Assembly (NCBI GenBank): GCA_002269645.1
Contig: NIVC01003457.1
Span: 1-37,953, forward strand
DNA from: Macrostomum lignano
Taxonomy: Eukaryota
Direction of reading: 5' to 3'
Length of the DNA stretch: 37,953 bases
The notes under the pieces: model-generated
Databases searched by the model: none
What the model saw: only the letters and a program-made list of their open reading frames with translations
What the model was told of the DNA's origin: nothing
Position numbers and translations under genes: made by a program
Shown here: in pieces, positions 33,684 through 37,953 of the stretch
Layout: the number at the start of each line of letters is the position of its first letter
How positions within the stretch are numbered: position 1 is the stretch's first letter

Positions 33684-34220
33684 TCGCGGCTTGTTTAATT
33701 AAAATATTCAAATTAATTCTCTCTCATGCACTAGCTTTTTTGTCTTCATTTTTAATTGCAATGAAAAACCAGTGGTGAACATCTTGTAGAGATAAACAAA
33801 TAGCAAGCTAAAAGCAAATACGAGCAAGCAGATAAACCACTACAAAAATAGGAAAAAATAGTCCAAAAGCAGATGGAATATATTAAAACTTATAAAGCAA
33901 TATCAGGATTCAAAAAACCAACCACAAAGTACAGGTAAAATTAGAAAAAAATAAAACTCTCACATGCCATCACCGCAAACACCACCACCACCACTAACGA
34001 AGCATTGGTTTCATTATCATCATCGCGCAATTGTAAGTAAATATTGTGAAGCAAAAAATTGTTGCTAGCCTCAGCAGATGATCAAAGTTTTTATTGCATT
34101 TGGAAAAAATCCTATTTAGATTAGCGGTTAACCTTTATTCAATGTCAAAGAAAGAAACTTTGAAATCGCAAAGAAATTATTGTTTTTGTTTAGCAAGCTT
34201 GTTGTACTCATTATTCAATT

Positions 34221-34269
34221 TCAAAGTAGTCGGCGCCGTTTTGATGATTTCTGCTGCTGTTGCTGCTGC

Positions 34270-34300
<31 letters not shown>

Positions 34301-34311
34301 GCTGCTGTTGC

Positions 34312-34380
<69 letters not shown>

Positions 34381-37300
34381 AGCAGCCGAATGTGACCAAA
34401 TGGGAGACTATAGTTAGGGCTCAGCCAAGCGCGCTTGTCTTCCCAAATGCTTAAGGCACACTTCCGCTGCTGCAAAGTGTACAGTCGGTGATGGATGCTG
34501 GCAATACGATGAACAACGACAGAATGGCTGCAGAGCTCATTGAACACCCTTAGGTAGTCACTGTGAGCCAGCTCTTTCTTAACAATGCATCCTTGAACTC
34601 CTTTGGCCTTCTTCTTTTCCGCGGCTTGGCTACTCGCCTTGAATGAGTAAAGCTTCGGCCTTAGGAGCAGCCACTCCTCAAAGCGAGCACCGGCTGCTTC
34701 ATCCTTAATGCAGCCAAGTCGCGCTTTTAAATCATTCGAGAATAGCGCGTGCTCTTGAGGATAGTTTGAAGTGTCGAGCAGCTGCTTCGACTTCAACAGC
34801 GGTAGAACTTTAGACTGAACGCTCATGTTGCTGATTGAGAGAAAGAAAGAATCGGTATCACCACCGCATAGCTTGATGACACCTCCATCGTTCTCTATCC
34901 AGGGCTTCAGTTTGTCGTAAAACAGCTCGTACATAATCATTTTCGAAAAGTCTAGGACGCATTGCCCGATAAAAATAGGCCGATCGAGCTTTAATTTTGT
35001 CTTTTGCAGTTCCAAAACGCTTAGTGAATCAGTAATTATGATAAAATTGGTAATTGTCGGCTTGGCAAGCAGTACCTTTACCTTTTCCACGTTGGTGCAG
35101 ACTCGAATATCACGCCGCTTTCGCACATTCTCCATAGTTTTGCCGAATAGCGCGTTATTCTTTAACTTGTAGAAATCCTTTTCGAAGTTGGTTTTCGCTG
35201 CAGCCCGCTTCTGGCTATTTTTCTCGACGTAGGCAGCAAAGAGAGGCTCTTGGTGAAACTCAATCATGCGATTGATGCGTCTAACCCGCATTCCATGGTT
35301 CAGGTAGAACGCCAAAATAGAGGAATGAACCACATAGGAAGGCTTATCGTGACAAGTGAGCATCAGCTTCTCTGTCGGATGATAGGTGGAGTTCTCCGTA
35401 CCGACCTTTTCCCACAGCTGCTGCATGTATTCAGGAAATTCCCTGAAATTCGGGGCAGCCTTTTCCGGTGCAAATGGTAGGTCTTCGGTGGTTTCGTGAA
35501 TCTCTGGGGGATACTCAAGGTCAACATCAAAGAGGTAGGCGAGTGGATCGGTTAGCTTGAGTCCTCGAATGCGATCTTCAGTCCACAAAAGCAGCTCATC
35601 ATCGTCCAGCCAACGGAATCCTCCGACTGGTAAGTTCATAGTGAGCGCCTGTCCATACAGGTTGTTTGCATCCACAGCAAGAAGCTCGGTGAGGCCAGCA
35701 TGAATAGTAGGAGTGCCACCATCAACATCCTCATTGCTGTCAACACCAGTGCTGGCGCCCGCTGCTGAGGTAGCCTGCACTTTGTGGATGTTAACAAACG
35801 ACATGCCGCCGCGAATGCCGCGCTCAAACAGCGAATACATCTGCGCATCTGTTAGCAGTTCAATCCCTGACTTGATGGATTTCAATGCCGAAGCGAATGA
35901 TAGGCCTGGTGTCGAAATAAAATGGACTGGATCAAGGCCATCCTCTTGCATGCTGATCTTGCGAAAATTTTCAAAAATATCAGCCAACTGCCTGATGTCG
36001 AGCTCGAGGTAGCACAGCATGTACTCTTTTAGATTTGAAACCTGAAATTCTCGCCAGGCGCGTTGAGCATGCTCATAGTCAGAGTTGGTGCAGTGGCTCT
36101 TAGTCAGAGCATTGTAGAAGCTCTCTTGGCTGGGAAGCACGGCATCCTTCAGCACGTCTGAATTTTTAAGATAGTCATACGGGAAAACTCCCTTGCTGAA
36201 AAGCACTTCGGATGATAGCAGTGGGAATCTGCTGCTGCGTAGGCGACTAGTGATACGACATTCAGCCTCTGGTAAATTTTTGATGAGCTGTGAGAGGCTG
36301 GCATTAAGAAATTGATTCGAATCAATGAACTGAATAGTAAAATTTAAAGGCTTGATCTTGCCCTCACTCTCATACTCGCCGATTTTAAATTCGATTTTCA
36401 TCGACAGAAACTGCTCTGGATTCAGAGGGATGACGGAGATTTTCCAACCCTCCATCAGACCCAAAGCGGATGACATCATGAGATGGAGATCGTACCCCTT
36501 GAAATTGTGGAACACGACGGGAAGGAAAGACCTCTTTAGTCTGGCCTTCATATTACAATCAGCACACGCAGCTCCCCGAAATTCTCCGCTGAGGTGGTCG
36601 TGATCCCAATGTTTATTGGACCCTTCCGTGAATTCGCTTCTACAATAGCAGCAAGCTGTGGCTTCTCTGAACTGTCGCCCTGCCATCTCTGTTCTTATCG
36701 CTGCTTGTCGACTGAACTCCGTGTTCCAGCCGTAAACTTCACGAGCGAGCTTCTCCAGCGATTGCAGGAAATCGGAAATGCACTTATTAGGATCGTCGCT
36801 GACAAAAGTGCTCACTTTATCATCCGCTCCTCTGGGCGCTAGACCAGTCATCCCTTCTCTGTGCAGCACGATGTAGCCAGCAGCAACAGCAATGTGCTCA
36901 GTTAACTTCTTCGTTGCTATACCAGCAATCGAATCTTCTTGGCATGGAGCATTCAATGCTTCGAAGTCGGCGTAAACAACAAATGGCGGACTAATTGTTT
37001 TTTCCCATGATGAGAATCGGAGAATATTATTCCTTTCATCTGGCAACTCTTCCTTGACGTTGATCACTCCAGGTTGACAAGGAGCTCGGCTGTGTTCTTC
37101 AAAGGCTGCATCACTATGAAAGGGCAGCAAGCAGCGCTCACACCACTTCCGCCGATGCAGAGCTGCCTTGCTATTAAGAAGCCTGTTGATGCTTGAAACA
37201 GCACACCAATGACCCGAGGCCTCGTCTTCTGATGGTGGAATAAATAAGAGTAGAACAACTTCTCGATCTTTAATTGTAGCTGCAGTAGGCAAGCGGAGGA

Positions 37301-37953
37301 CTTGAGCGCTCTCTTTCTCCCAGATGAAAACCGTGAAGCAAAGTCTCGGGTTCAGTCTCTCAACAATGGAAAGGTCGGTGACATTGATTGGCAAGTCAAT
37401 TCCACTCATGTTAAGTTCATCCAGCCAGTCAGTGTAGGAAGACTCGCGTTGCGCTGATTTCTTTATTTTGTTGTCTTCCTTGTGCAGAAAAGCAAGGCAT
37501 GCGTAAAGAAAGCAATTTACACCATTGCTTGGAGGACAAATAACCGCCTTCTTCCGAAGAAGTGGAGTCGGTAGAATAAATTCCGCAGCATGCCCCGTGT
37601 AGTAGGAAACTCGTTCGACGAGAGCTGAGTAAAGTTCAAAAAAATTGATTTTTTCAATTATCCAGCCACTACCGTTGGTGTTGTAGACATCGACTTTGCG
37701 CTCCAGCTCTGTAAACTGCTGTCTCCACCAATCATCAAACTCCTGTATATCTACCACCAATCCGAGTTGTGTGCTCATCCATTTATCCTCCCCCTTGACA
37801 GCTTCTGACGCCTGCACTCTGACCATGCGCAAATTCAGTTTGATCTGAGCTTTAACAGAGCAATTATCCGAAGAGTCGAAGCGAATTTCAAGACACTGCT
37901 GCACTGCGATTTTGCAGAAATCGAGAAACTCGAATGTTTCAGTGGCAGCTCCA
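34221..37953 (-). CDS. polB: Protein-primed family B DNA polymerase with N-terminal vOTU-like domain and Zn finger, EndoVII insertion and polyQ tail; frame open to the window edge
   Basis: ExoI VYADFE, ExoII FHNFKGYD, ExoIII YLELD; PolA DANNLYG, PolB KLKNNALFGKT, PolC GDTDS. NCFLYAC...GHW (vOTU), CERC..H..C (Zn finger), CCYC..DHDHLSGEFRGAACADCN (EndoVII). No stop between 37904 and 37953. Confidence 0.98.
34251..34379 (-). repeat. CAG/CAA mixed trinucleotide repeat encoding 42 Gln + 1 Arg at the pPolB C-terminus
   Basis: Directly visible and in frame. Confidence 0.97.

Larger units (their letters stand above)
25385..37953. mobile_element. Polinton/Maverick (adintovirus-like endogenous virus), group-1-like (vOTU + EndoVII-containing pPolB); right end outside the window
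   Basis: Full core gene set (INT, penton, hexon, adenain, ATPase, pPolB), intronless and tightly packed. Candidate left terminus AGTAGT at 25385 followed by a GC-rich palindromic region. Confidence 0.97.

Noticed and set aside
35250-37258. Short ORFs antisense to or nested in pPolB (and similar ones within other Polinton genes)
   Set aside because: Shadows of long coding frames with no independent motifs.

Overview
Eukaryotic (metazoan) genomic DNA with spliceosomal introns and long simple repeats. An invertebrate host, e.g. a Macrostomum-like flatworm, is a guess from sequence style only. (1) 1-7388, minus strand: a cadherin gene of at least 21 exons (Cad99C/PCDH15-like features) running off the left edge, with two 1-nt frame breaks. 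(2) 8.4-17.4 kb: long microsatellites, an orphan signal-peptide exon, and a Penelope-like retroelement remnant (GIY-YIG endonuclease plus two diverged 3' units carrying minimal hammerhead ribozymes) embedded in (AG)n. (3) 17783-25201, plus strand: a 7-exon gene for a signal peptide + C-type lectin + sushi/CCP-like repeats + TM protein, with minisatellite-filled introns. (4) ~25385 to the right edge: a near-complete Polinton/Maverick (adintovirus-like) element with integrase-chromodomain, penton, basic core protein, hexon, adenain protease, packaging ATPase, conserved accessory ORFs and a convergent pPolB (vOTU, Zn finger, EndoVII insert, polyQ tail). The most notable observation is that this Polinton encodes its own divergent TATA-binding protein (33094-33660) and a tandem-PC4 protein (25708-26436), suggesting a self-encoded transcription-initiation module. 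All protein family calls come from motif recognition by eye; no database searches were run.
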